This document shows, in pieces, positions 37,619 through 50,463 of a stretch of DNA of 64,000 bases. The notes under the pieces were generated by a model. It was not told the DNA's origin and did no database searches. It was given only the letters and a program-made list of their open reading frames with translations. Each line of letters opens with the position of its first letter. The first letter of the stretch is position 1. Position numbers and translations under genes: made by a program. Source of the stretch: Octopus bimaculoides (Eukaryota); the NCBI RefSeq assembly GCF_001194135.2, contig NC_068984.1, positions 28,561,821-28,625,820 of the forward strand. Reading direction: 5' to 3'.

Positions 37619-39265
37619 ATATAATACATAAATATATATACACACACATTTACATAAACATATATATATGTATTGAGAAGAAGCAGGAGACTGCACACAT
37701 GATTGCTCTCTCTCATATGTACATAGAGAAAAAAAGGAGAGAGAAGCCTTGAATATGTGAAACAAATAGTAATAATTTAGTTAAGTGGAAGAGAAACATA
37801 TAAATGAAAAATAGATGAGAGAATGAGAGATGGCGGGGTTGAGATGGAGTGTCAGAAATTTATCAAACTTCAGTAAAATATTTAGTTTTCATAAATGTAT
37901 TTTTTCTCCCTTTATTACAGGATGAATTTGATTTTTATACCTTATCTTTTAATGCCAACATATATGTATTATCATTGATTTTCAATAAACTTTGTATAAA
38001 TGGGAAAATTTTTTGAATATATAGTTCAGTGTTATTTTTGGCTTGTCTGGTCTAATAAATTCTATTGAATAGTAGAAGAGACATATAAAAGAAACAGCAA
38101 TGTAATAACCTTTCACATAAGAATAAATATTACTAACCTAAGGAAAAGTAAAGAAAAATATACAGAAAATTTATTAACAAAAAACAAACAAACTATTAAC
38201 TACCTAACTTTAATAAAATTATGTTACGATAAAATATTTACAAAAACAAATGACATAAAGAATAAAAAAAACTAATGAGGAAATATTTTTTTAAAATATA
38301 CTTTAAAGATCTTTAAATGAGGATTGTAAAAATATATTTAAGAAATTAGTCAATAACAAAAGAAGTGTAAATGGAGAAAAATGCTGGAGATATCTTAAAT
38401 TGAATGTAATAAATGAGATATGCCAAAGGTTTAGCAGGAAATTTTCTCCTTTGCAAGTTAAATATGGAAGAATTATTTTGATAAGAAGGAGGGAAAAAAA
38501 AGAGGTAAAAATAAAAAAAGAGAAAGCCTAAATCCTTGATTTTTCTGATGCCATCCTTTTCCTCCAAATGTCTTTATTTCCTTTTCAATTCTTAAACATT
38601 TTTTTTAAGCAGTTGCATTCTTTTAGCTTTGTGGATATTTCAGAGTTACTGACTACCACTGAGGTTGATGAAATCCCCTTCCTTGAAATTATTATATATA
38701 TTTTATGGAAATAAAATGTAAAATATAATAGATTTCTTGTACAACATTTTAAATTGTAGTTTTAGATTGATTTATGATAATAGTTGTGAGCAAAGAAAGA
38801 AAACCATCACCTACAAATCTATTTTTCTGTAAAAGCTTCACTAGTCACTACTACTTGTGGAGCTTTTCTTTTATATACTTAGTAATAAACCATTTCTAAG
38901 ATAATAATTTCTCTAACATGTAGACTGTTTGAATTTTTGTTAGTATAGCTTTGTGTTATATCAGAAGAAGGTTAGTAAAGAAACAGCAGATTAAATAGGC
39001 TTTATTTATATCTTTTTATTATAGAAGGGTGTGGGGTGTAGTGAGTAGAAGATACTTCAATATACGATTGAAAATTTGGGGGGGGGGTCTGTGTAAAGGA
39101 TAAAGCAAACTTGATACCAGTAGGATTTGAACATAAAGAGATTAAATCAAATATTAATTTAAAACATTGGTAGAAGGTCTCACACTTTTGAGGAGAGATA
39201 GTCCATTGTATCAACTACAATACTTGCTTGGTACTTTATTTTAGTAATTTAGAGGATAGTTAGTA

Positions 39266-39373
39266 CTGATGAACTTGTAGGCCCTCTCAGAATGATGCAA
39301 TTGATATTCAGCTTACATCCAAACTAGCTGAATATCAATTGCATCATTCTGAGAGGGCCTACAAGTTCATCAG
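39266..39373. repeat. Perfect 48-bp inverted repeat with 12-nt spacer
   Basis: ctgatgaacttgtaggccctctcagaatgatgcaattgatattcagct (39266-39313), spacer tacatccaaact, exact reverse complement at 39326-39373; 0 mismatches. Confidence 0.97.
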
Positions 39374-40111
39374 GAAAAACATTGCTGAGAGAAAATTCTA
39401 AAGAGAATCGGTTTTGAGAGGAAGTGTTAGCGGCACGATCTAGTAGTAATGATAATAGAAATAGAAACAAATGCATCTAGTGGGCTTGGTGGAAATGCTG
39501 CACAGTTATTAAGTTGGAGTAAGAGAAAAGTATGAACTAAATGTTGAAAAGTTTAACATGTGATGATATCTATGAGATGCTGGCTTTCTTCTTTTTTCTG
39601 CCCTATCAATACTAATCTGCCTGAAACTATCTCTGTTTTTATGATACAAAACCACCTGTTTTAGAATGTTTACAGTTGAATTAAAACATTCCATAATTTT
39701 ATGTAAGAAACTTTGTGAAATTATATCTTAAGTATGGCATTAATGACAACAAAGTTATTTTCTAAATGATTATTTTCAAATTGAATCAAGAGTTATAGAC
39801 AGTGCCATGTATTTCATTAAGAATATGGTCCTAAGTGAGCTGCCTTAGGGAAATACATAGATAAAATATCATGTAGTGACAGACAGAAACATCTTTGCAT
39901 TTTGTTATTATATATGAACACTATGCTTTGTTATGCCATATTTCTGGAGTTTTACTAAATATACAATGAAATTGTTCAATGACAAATCATATTTCTAGTC
40001 TATTACGAAAAGCTAACATATTTTTATTTCTGCTTTTGAGAAAAATCTGAAATCCTTGCAAATAAATCATTGGTTTGTATATGTGTGTGCTCTCACATGC
40101 ATACACATAAG

Positions 40112-40174
<63 letters not shown>

Positions 40175-40905
40175 TAGAACAGTAATATAGAGTAGAGTAG
40201 TAATATAGTTACATGCAGTTAAATTATATGTCCAATCATAGAGTGGCCAATGGTTTTGCATCTATAAAGTTTAATGCTTTACGTATGCGAAACCATTAGT
40301 CAGTCTATGGCCAGACACATATCTAACTGCATGTAACTATGCACACACACACATACACCATGCCTAGCGTTCTTAACTTGATAGTGTCATTAAGGGTGCA
40401 GATGTGACAAATAGCATGTCATGCATATTTTTAAGCTTGGCAGAATCCATCCCTCTCCACATTTGACCTTAGTAGAGTTTTTTCCAGCCGAGTTAGGAAA
40501 GAGAACAGACCCAAATACTTAACACATTTGTTATTGACTGTGAGAGGATGAAAACCAAGGATTTACACACAGTACTTGTTTTAACATCTCTGCTAATTGG
40601 CTGCTGATACACCCCACCCCACACATAGATACATATATAAATACATATATATATATACATATACACACACACAATATCATATAGCTATATCTATTTGTGA
40701 ATTCAGAGAAATATATACATAACAAACATAAACAAATAAACACACATAATACATATAGACAAACATGTATTATACATATATAACAACTTAATATGTAACC
40801 AGGATTTAGCAAAAAATATAGTTGAAAGATAAATTATATAAAGATATAATATATTGTAGATTATATAAAGTTATTAATACTTAAGAGACATCAAGAAAAT
40901 CTTAC

Positions 40906-41055
40906 TTTCATTTTGCTTTTGGTCGCTTATAGACCTGCGATACCAGGTCACATTAGGATGCGGCGTTCCACTTACATTGCAGACAAGGCTTATTGTATCC
41001 CCCTCTTTTGCAGTTTTATCTTTACTTGACATATCTGCGTTAAGTGTTGGCTGGA
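40906..41055 (-). CDS. Coding exon: N-terminal half of an I-set Ig domain of a lachesin/DIP/IgLON-like cell-adhesion protein
   Basis: 150-nt exon with acceptor tttttttaatttcag| and donor |gtaaga, phase 1 at both ends. Translates (V)QPTLNADMSSKDKTAKEGDTISLVCNVSGTPHPNVTWYRRSISDQKQNE, with the Ig B-strand Cys (LVCNVSG.P.P) and C-strand Trp (VTWY). Confidence 0.9.
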
Positions 41056-41167
41056 CTGAAATTAAAAAAAACAAAAAACAAAGACGAACATTAAAATACT
41101 GGAAAAAAAAAAAAAAAAACTAGCTTAAATTTTAGACAGCTGACCTAAGAAGATAATTCCAAATCCA

Positions 41168-41340
41168 ACATCATTATCGTCACCTTCCATGATGGCATGA
41201 ATTGGATGGTTTGACAGGAGCTGGCCAGGTAGACAACTACACCAGGCTACTGTGTCTGTTTTAGCATGGATTTTTATGGCTGGATGCCCTTCCTAACATC
41301 AACAACCCAGCAGAGTGGACTGAGTGGTTTTAAATCCAAC
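41168..41340 (-). mobile_element. Old RTE-tail fragment
   Basis: catcattatc...ccttccatgatggcatg..ttggatggtttgac...ggctggatgcccttcctaacatcaac. Confidence 0.7.
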
Positions 41341-42043
41341 AAGGCATATAAATTTGAATGCATCAGTTTACCTTAATGAAAATAGACATAACTTGCCCTT
41401 TAATTTTGAGTTACTTTTATTATGCATTTTTATTATATCAAAAGAAGTTGCTGTATGACAGTTGTCACTTCTAGAATTTTCTATGTATTTATCAGCCTAT
41501 ATTTAATATACTTTGTTAATTTAAATAATAAAGGTGGAGTGAATAACAAATAAACTTCTATTAACAAAGAAATATTGGAGAAAACTTTTGTCAGCAGTGT
41601 GAAATAAAAATTAAAACACTAATCTGAAATATTATTGCTATTGCTAAGTCTAAACTGACACCACATTTTGAGAAGAATACACTTGATTTATTGCTGTAAA
41701 ACATGGGAATTCAAAGAGACATAAATCTCCACATTCAAAAATATGAAATGCTTTATTTTGTATGCCACCAAACAAATTATATATGTCGGTCCAGGTGTTA
41801 TCAACTGGGAATATTTGATAAGACTATACAAGATAGGATATAATAATCTAAGAAGAGAGTGAGAATGAACAATTGCTATGCAGCTTTCATCCAAATTTTT
41901 CATTTAAACTTCAAGTTTGGAAAAGTAATTTAAAGTATGAATGACAGTCACAAGATCTACTGGAGGAACACATTACATCATAAAACAAATAAAAGATGAG
42001 AAATAGTATAATCTTGCATTGTCATGAATATATAAAAAAATGC

Positions 42044-42096
<53 letters not shown>

Positions 42097-42156
42097 TACA
42101 AACATAAACATGTTTAGATCATCATCAACATCATTTAATGTATACATATACATAAC

Positions 42157-42214
<58 letters not shown>

Positions 42215-42599
42215 CATACACACACACACACACATATATATATATATGCACACACATGCACATACACATAAACAAACAATTCAAGAGATTTGTGACATGA
42301 TTAATTATATTTTAGCATCATAATAAAACATATATTTTTGACAGTTGATTGGGTTGCAATGATATATCAGTAGTAGCAGTGAAGGGTTTGGAGTCAGCTG
42401 AATAGGTCAAATTCAAATACGATAGAATTTCATTTTTGTACAGACTTTGTAGAAAATATATTGGAAAATATGCATTAAGAATATTGCCAAGGTTTAGGAA
42501 TGGGAAAAATGTCCCAATAAAAATGAACTGCTGCTGATGGTCTGAGATATTACATCATAATATACTGGACAGGATGGATGCCATTTATTCCCAGTCAGT

Positions 42600-43960
42600 T
42601 AAGAAAAAATGTTTCTTCTTATTGTTTATTTTTGTCATTAGATGGTCAGGAGAAGGGGCTTAGACTTTGCACATTCACTGAGCTTGGTGAAATTGTTATA
42701 GTTAATCTTCAAGTCCATACCACAAAAAAAAAAAAAAAATGGATGGAATTTCAGAGGGCTGATGTTTTGTAGAAGAATAGGAGACAATGATTTGTGGAAT
42801 GTAGGGTGTAGTGAATACAATATGACAAGGAAACCTAGAAGCTTGTTTTAGCAGCACTGAGGGTTCAAGCTGTGTGCTGTCAATGTTTTGAAGGTAGTAG
42901 AATGTGATAATGTTTTGTTGGCATAGTGTAGTGAATGTGTTTTTTGATGTTGAAGGAGACAAGATTGGTATGACCATACTGGTTTATGCCTTTGAAGTCC
43001 CTGTTCTAGGAACCGGTGCAGATTTTTTGTGAATGTCTCGGTTGTATGTTTGTGACGCTTGCATATTGTTAGAGGTGACAACAAGTAGTTCATTGATGTA
43101 TTTGTTACACCATTATTGTTGGAGTGTGGGGCAGAGAAAGTTACATTAAAACATGTTGCAGTAGTCCTGTCTGCTGAGAAGGTATAAATTCAAGAGGTGG
43201 AACCTATAGAGAGGTAATTATTTTCTTCTAAGACATGGTTGAAAACTTTGCTGGTGCAGAGGGAACAACACTTTGACACTGTTAGGGATGTAGCCTAGTT
43301 AGATGGAAGTAAGAGGTGGTGGTGAACTTTGTTGAGTGAAAAGAAAAAGTTCAGGGAGAAGCTTATTTAGTATGGGAAATATAGAGAAGCCAAATGGGAA
43401 GCAAAATCTGTAAGTTACCTATGCACGTATATAGTTTACAGGCCTATTATATTTGAGATGTGGTGGGGAAAGGAAGATTCCTCAAAGTTGGTAGAGAACG
43501 TTTTGACAAGAGATACAAAAGATAAGTTACAGTTTGGCAAATGAAAGAGCTTGCAGAGTGTGGGACACATAGAGACATCTTTTGCAGTTTGGATGATGGT
43601 CTTCTAGCGCTGGGTAAAGTTTATCCAGTTTTTAGGGGTGGAAAGTTTTCTCTAGACATTTTAGGCCATGTTCTTGCCAGAACTTCGATTGTGCAATCGT
43701 AAGTGAACCAGTGAGGCTGGAAATTTTGCATGTGAGTGGCAGTTACAGGAGCATGCATAAGAGGATAGGATAACTCACATGTCTCTTTGCTTCTCAAGTA
43801 ACAGGCTTCAAACACACATGCTGCCAAAGAAATGGTGGGTCTCTAGTACATCAGTTGACTTAAAGTGCTATAGATTTGAGTGATGAGGTGTAAAAAAAGG
43901 TAAAATGACCATGAGATTGTACCCAGAAAGTTTTCTTCTGAGGCACAAATCTGGGCAAGG
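42600..43960 (-). mobile_element. Strongly decayed non-LTR retrotransposon fragment
   Basis: C/A-rich minus strand. NYLLSPLTICK..and HSTTFKTL loosely resemble RT YRPISLL and HSTTT motifs; clade not assignable. Confidence 0.4.
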
Positions 43961-43964
43961 TTGT

Positions 43965-44200
43965 TTATGGAAGACCAGCAGTCACCCATGCATACCAACC
44001 TTCCCTCTGTATGCTATCAATAATATCCAAGAGAAAGGCAAAGGCTGATACAGTTTGGCACCAGTGATGTTGCAACTCATTTCTACAGCTGAGTGAACTG
44101 GAGTAGCATGGAATAAAGTGCCTTGCTCATGGTCTGGGAATCAAACATGCTACCTCATGATTGTGAGCCCGGCACTGTAATCACAGAGCCATGCACCTTC
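43965..44200 (-). mobile_element. tRNA-SINE (family related to 5550-5850)
   Basis: Minus strand ggtgcatggctctgtgatt...gtttgattcccagacc.atgagcaaggcactttattccatgctactccagttcactcagctgtagaaatgag. Confidence 0.7.
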
Positions 44201-45005
44201 ACTATGATGATGTGTTGGAGATTTATAACATGTAGATTTATGGTGGATAGTTGTGATAAAGCAGTGGTAGGATTACCTCCGTTATGAAGATGGTTATAGT
44301 TTGATACAGGTTGGATTTGCAGTGATGTAGAAGTTAAGTATGTTTGGAGTGTCTGTGCACTGGTTTTGTATATATGAGTAGGAGATGAAACTAATAGATG
44401 TAGTGAATAGAAGATTGGGAAAAATTCAATTTCAGTACTAGTGACATCAGTAGATGAAGGTGAGAGTCAAGAAGAGTGGATAGCATTGAGGTCACCAAGG
44501 GTAATTTGAGAGAAGTGACATGGATGTCATCACTGTATGAAAAGACATGTAAAAAGCTTTTCCAGAAAGCAGTTGAGGAAGCAAATGTATTTAGTAAAGC
44601 GGAGGAAGGATATTTGAGAAAAAAGTATGGGAGTTTCCACAGCAAATATCCAGTTGAAAAAGTTAAGTGGCAGAGAGAGGGGGGATATAGATATGCAGAC
44701 ATCAACTTTCAGTGTGAGATTTGAATGTAACCTTGAGAGTACAGATGGACTATGGATAAATATTAAGAGTATTAGTATGATGTCTCAGAGAAGAACTAGG
44801 ATATGTGATTTCTGTTTGAGAAAGAGGCAATGTGCAGGTTGGATGAGAGTCCAAGGACATAAGAGAAGAGGGAGAACTGTCCAGTGGGTTTAGCTTTTAT
44901 CCATCTAGTGAAATGTGAAGAGTGTTGATGCACTGTGAAGACATATTAAAGACCTGCATGAGCCTGGCCCAAGTAAGTGCAACAGACTGAAATCTCTCCA
45001 AGTCG
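44200..45005 (-). mobile_element. Decayed LINE RT fragments (CR1/L2-like)
   Basis: Minus-strand HVFSYSDDIHVTS resembles the YADD motif; surrounding frames are broken. Confidence 0.4.
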
Positions 45006-45190
45006 TCTATGAGAAAGAAGCAGTGATAAACAGGAAGTGTGGGGGGGGGGGATGATGAGGCTACCTCTCATCAAAAATATGTAAAGGGCTGTTTAAGGTA
45101 TGTGCAATTAAGCAGCATTAAACAACAATCTCATAAACACCTGTCTTTAAAAAAAAGGGATCATTAGAAAAGAAAGGAGTGATCATAGAA

Positions 45191-45225
<35 letters not shown>

Positions 45226-45789
45226 AATATATATATATTAATGTATGTACATATGCACACACACACACACTTACTCACTCACTATACATTCAAACAACAT
45301 TTTTTGTCTCCGGTATTTCACATAGTGATGGTAGTTGTTCTGTTGTACTGAATTATTTTATAGTTGTACCATGTTATTTTATGCTCTTCTTCCAAATATT
45401 TGACATTAATTTATTTCCACATCAGAGTTTTAATTAACTCACTGAAAGATTTTGGTCAAGTGAGTTATTATACACTGATTAATGTGTTTGAAGAGCTGAG
45501 AAAAGCCCAACTAACCTGTCACTCCCACTGCCATCCAACTTCTCTGCAGAGTGAAAACAGGAAGTGTTTCTTTTCTATGTAGTTAAAATATTAGTTTTAA
45601 GGTCTAGAAGATCACAGAACTTACAACCCATTTTATTTTTTTCACAAATTTATTTTCTATATTTCAACTTTAATTTATTTTTTAAACTTCTTCTAGAGAT
45701 TGTACGGACAGTGAAATATCATGTCATAACTACTGCATATGTTTACTTGTGTTTCTATCTAATATCTTGTTCCAAATATTAATTTATTT

Positions 45790-46140
45790 CCTTGCTGGAG
45801 TTTTAATTCAGATTTTGGCCAAGAGAGTTGCTCTACTACACTAACCCACATGTTTGAAGAGTTGAATCCAAGTTTATTCCATAGACATGATACTTCTAAG
45901 GCTTCTTCTCACCCATTCACATCTAGTAACTTTGTGCTTCCCATTAAATAACATTATAATATCTGCTATGTCTTATCCCCCAAACCCCATGCTATATACA
46001 TACCTTGGTTCTTCCGATGAAGAACTGGTTTCCTTTGGAATTCTTCTCTATCAGCCTAGGAGGTCATATAAACATCATGAAAAGCTCTTGTCTCCTCCAA
46101 GTAAATAGTAGTAATTCTCATACATATACAGCAAGTATAA
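45790..46140 (-). mobile_element. Decayed RTE RT fragment
   Basis: Loose similarity to the RTE ELLYADD...TKV region; many stops. Confidence 0.35.
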
Positions 46141-47231
46141 ACTCCTTCAGCATCTCCTTTCATTAGAAGCTTGACTTGCAAGAATCAACAGCTAAATCTC
46201 ACTTAAATTGACCTCATCATAGGATGGGCACAACAGGAAGAACTTTGATCAGAGGTTTGTTCAATCAGAATAGATCTAGGCTAAACCACAATCGCCATCA
46301 CCACCCCACATATTTCACATTACATTTTATTAAAGACTAGAGAAAACGTGTTTGCTGTATGCAGAGAAATGAAATAAAACTTCCTATTTAGATATAAATG
46401 TAAATTTTAACAATGAAACTATTCATCTATTAATGCCTACAATTGGATAAGTAGTATTGAGAATGGCATAATTGAAAAATAATTTGCTGTTTTGATATGC
46501 TATGATTTCTAGTATTCTACCTATTAATGATATTTAACATGTATTACAATACATAATAAAATGACTAAGATATCGTTGCAGTTGTTGAATTCTAAAATAC
46601 CTCCTTTATATTCAAATACACAGTACTTAGGAACATATGTATGCTTCTTAACAAGTGCTAGATAAGATCAAAATAGATGATTCTGATGTGAACTTTAATG
46701 ACTATTTAAAAACAAATAATGTAATTGCTATATTTCATACTTCTAAATGCAAATTTCACAAAAGGAAATATATATTAGTTTCAAGATGAAAATCATAAAT
46801 ATATGCATGCGCGTGCGTGTGTGTGTCTGCATGCGTAAAAGTACAATATAAATGTTTAATGTTGTATTTGTATTAATTATTCTTACACAGTATTTCATAA
46901 ATACAACTTAAGGCAAAATAAGGCAGCAGAACTGTCATTAGAAGCCAAATCTTGCAACTGTTGTATACAAGACAACTATGTTACTGTTACATCAAAGTGT
47001 TCCTGAATAACTTAAAATATTAAATTAGCATTTAGCACTTATAAACAATTCGATGGCTTAACTAAAAGTATTTACCGACTTTTGTACTATAAGAGTACTG
47101 CAAATAATTTTATAAAGTCGTTCAACCACCAGCAGACAATCTGCTCAAACATTGAATTTAGCACAGTCTTTTTTACACACACACACACACACACCTATAA
47201 TTAGCTTTGCAGTCTGCAGCACTATGACTTA

Positions 47232-47560
47232 AGTATTACTGGATGTGATATATCTCAATTTTGCAAAGGCCTTTGATATGATTGATCATGGGATGATAAG
47301 CCACATGTTGTAAAGGCTCAACGTAATTGGAAAACAAAGAGAGTGGTTACATGGCTTCTGAGAAGCAAAAGCTGGGCTGTAGTAACCAATGGAGCCCTCT
47401 CCAAGGAAACATTAATTGTGAATATAGTACCTCAGGGAACTCTCTTGGGGGTTGTTGCTGTTTGTGATGACCCTCTCAGACATGTCATTAGTCATGCAGG
47501 TAGCTAGTCTTACTAGCTATGCTAATGGCACAAAAACAGCACAAAATCTTATAAATGTAT
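47232..47560 (+). mobile_element. Decayed CR1/L2-clade RT fragment
   Basis: DVIYLNFAKAFDMIDHG (D.SKAFD.V.H), vpqgtllglllf (GVPQGS.LGPLLF) and LTSYANGTK (YADD). Confidence 0.75.
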
Positions 47561-47927
47561 TTGGTAGATGGAAAGTGAAAGATAACTGTTGTGTTTTGGG
47601 GAAGGGCTATGTGCACAGATGCCTATATTCACTTGTTCCTTACAGAAGCAGAATAAACTCACACTTCACAAAGTGTAACTCAAAATTTCATGTAGACAAT
47701 CATGCAACAGAAGTGAAACTTTCTAACAATACAATGGTTTATAAATGTTTATAAATGGTGCAGCAATAATACTTTGGTGACTTATCAAATAAACCTATAA
47801 AGTTGGTGGGACAAAGTGGTGTAATATTTTAGATTTAATGGAATCTGTAGAATAATATGACTGACCACTGATGAAAAATTATATTAACATTAAAATGAGT
47901 AAAAGAAAAATATAACTGTGTAACATA

Positions 47928-47964
<37 letters not shown>

Positions 47965-48249
47965 AACACACACACACAAAGTAATAGACATAAAAATTGC
48001 AGCAGAGACTGAAAAAATTCCTTTTAGAAATAACTTTTTTTTTAGAAATTTTAGAAAGAATTTATGAAAACAAAGTCGTAAAAAATAAAAAAAATAGGAT
48101 GAATGAGTACCATAAAACAAATAGATAAGCTTGCTATAATGGCAAGTAAGAGCTGAGTAAGATAAAGAAGAGGAGAAAAGAGATAGCATAACGCTGGACA
48201 GATGAGAGTTAAACATTAGTATGCTGTTTGCTATATTAATACCTTGTAA

Positions 48250-48326
<77 letters not shown>

Positions 48327-48394
48327 TACACACACACACACAAATATATATACATAGATATCCATACATAAAAAACATAATGCACCGGTATAGC

Positions 48395-48490
48395 TTTGCA
48401 TGGTACGTTTGTAAGGTGTCTTCTACTATAGCCATGGGCCAACGAAAGCCTTGTGAGTGAATTTAGTAGATGGAAATTGAAAGAAGCAGA

Positions 48491-48534
<44 letters not shown>

Positions 48535-48740
48535 CTCCTTGTCATTGTAATACATGCTGTGTCATTCATTACTAATATTCAGCAAGAACATGTCTAGCCC
48601 TAGGGAAGTATTACCTTGGTTGGAAACAGGTAAGAGTAGGTGAACAGGTAGGGCATCCAGCTGTAGAAAATCTGCCTCAATAAACTCCAGCCAACCCTTG
48701 CAAGCATGGAAAATGGATTTGATGATGATGATAATGATGA
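48395..48740 (+). mobile_element. CORE-like SINE ending in an RTE-like 3' tail
   Basis: gtgtcttctactatagcc body, (TG)n, then gggcatccagctgtagaaaatctgcc..ccaacccttgcaagcatggaaa..(gat)n, matching the RTE 3' end. Confidence 0.7.
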
Positions 48741-48751
48741 AGATTATTTAT

Positions 48752-48983
48752 ATCATCATCATCATCATCATCATCGTTTAACGTCCGCTTTCCATGCTAG
48801 CATGGGTTGGACGATTTGACTGAGGACTGGTGAAACCGGATGGCAACACCAGGCTCCAGTCTGATTTGGCAGAGTTTCTACAGCTGGATGCCCTTCCTAA
48901 CGCCAACCACTCAGAGAGTGTAGTGGGTGCTTTTACGTGTCACCCGCACGAAAACGGCCATGCTCGAAATGGTGTCTTTTATG
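48752..48983 (-). mobile_element. Young RTE 3'UTR with tail, running into a gap
   Basis: Reverse complement is identical by eye to 11405-11580 over ~175 bp. Confidence 0.93.
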
Positions 48984-49507
48984 NNNNNNNNNNNNNNNNN
49001 NNNNNNNNNNNNNNNNNNNNNNNNNNNNNNNNNNNNNNNNNNNNNNNNNNNNNNNNNNNNNNNNNNNNNNNNNNNNNNNNNNNNNNNNNNNNNNNNNNNN
49101 NNNNNNNNNNNNNNNNNNNNNNNNNNNNNNNNNNNNNNNNNNNNNNNNNNNNNNNNNNNNNNNNNNNNNNNNNNNNNNNNNNNNNNNNNNNNNNNNNNNN
49201 NNNNNNNNNNNNNNNNNNNNNNNNNNNNNNNNNNNNNNNNNNNNNNNNNNNNNNNNNNNNNNNNNNNNNNNNNNNNNNNNNNNNNNNNNNNNNNNNNNNN
49301 NNNNNNNNNNNNNNNNNNNNNNNNNNNNNNNNNNNNNNNNNNNNNNNNNNNNNNNNNNNNNNNNNNNNNNNNNNNNNNNNNNNNNNNNNNNNNNNNNNNN
49401 NNNNNNNNNNNNNNNNNNNNNNNNNNNNNNNNNNNNNNNNNNNNNNNNNNNNNNNNNNNNNNNNNNNNNNNNNNNNNNNNNNNNNNNNNNNNNNNNNNNN
49501 NNNNNNN
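48984..49507. other. Assembly gap (N run)
   Basis: N characters. Confidence 1.
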
Positions 49508-49719
49508 ATATATATATATATATATATATACACGTACACTCATGTGTATACACATACATATATAGGATGGAGGGTAGGAATGATTAGAAAGAGAAACCTG
49601 CAGATGTTTTCTACTTTGTGTGGCATCATGAAAACAAAATCAAAGAAGAATATAATTTGAAAAGCATATTAGGACACAGAAGAAAAGGCAATTTAAATTT
49701 GGCTCAGTACCTTCAAGAA

Positions 49720-49945
49720 ATAATAATAATAATCTTTTCTACTAAAGGCAAAGGCCTGAAATTTTTGTGGAGGAGACTAGTTGATTACATTGACCCCAGA
49801 ATTTCCCTAGTACTTAATTTATTGACCCCAAAAGGATGAATAGCAACGTCGACCTGGGTGGAATTTGAACCCAGAACGTAAAGATGTATGAAATCTCGTT
49901 AAGCATTTTGCTCTACATGCTAATAAGTCTGCTAGCTAACCACTT
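49720..49945 (-). mobile_element. tRNA-SINE (family of 12179-12730)
   Basis: aaggcctgaaattt..gattacattgacccc..aaaaggatgaatagcaacgtcgacctgggtggaatttgaacccagaacg. Confidence 0.8.
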
Positions 49946-49987
49946 TGTTGTTGATGATGATGATGATGTTGTTGTTGTTGATGATGA

Positions 49988-50463
49988 TAATCCTGTGGGA
50001 TGCAATGATTCAGTGTGACCATCAGATTAGACATCGGAAACTTGACGTTGTGGGGAGCAAAAAAGAAAAAAAAACCTGCATGATAATCAACATAGCATGT
50101 CCCAATGACAATAGGATCAAAGAGAAGGAAGAAAAAAACGGAACAACTATGTCAATTTGAAGTGAGAAATATGCAGGTTGTGGGCAATGAAGAGAGTGGA
50201 TGTGATACCAGTAGTAATTGGATGCTTGGAAGTATCAGCACTCAACTACCAACATGACTCAAAAAGATTGGTACAAATGTAAAGATAGAACACCTACAAA
50301 AGTCATCACTGCTTGGAACTGCAAGAGTTCTACACAGGGTTCTTAAAGCATGATTAGTAAACAAGTGACACCTTAGTCTGCTGGCTGTGGGCAGCTGTCA
50401 CTTTCCATCATACCCAGCAAAATAAACTGACAGTTGAAATCAAATAATAACAATAATAATAAT
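49988..50463 (+). mobile_element. R4/Dong-like non-LTR retrotransposon 3' end (restriction-like endonuclease), decayed
   Basis: ILWDAMIQCDHQIRHRKLDVV..KKTCMIINIACPND.RIKEKE (cf. ILWD..IQTD..I...PDI.......IID.A.P), later kssllgtarvlhrvlka*; ends in an (AAT)n tail. Confidence 0.8.

Noticed and set aside
39266-39380. Hammerhead ribozyme (CTGATGA ... GAAA motifs at the hairpin ends)
   Set aside because: CTGATGA is fully paired with TCATCAG in the stem, and GAAA does not directly follow a stem II; no stems I or III found.
44476-44724. 82-aa plus-strand ORF with plausible composition
   Set aside because: Antisense to a decayed RT fragment; no splice or homology support.
47890-48460. ORFs with YIYIYI, HTHT or CVCV runs here and elsewhere
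   Set aside because: Stop-free frames of dinucleotide microsatellites; no protein signal.
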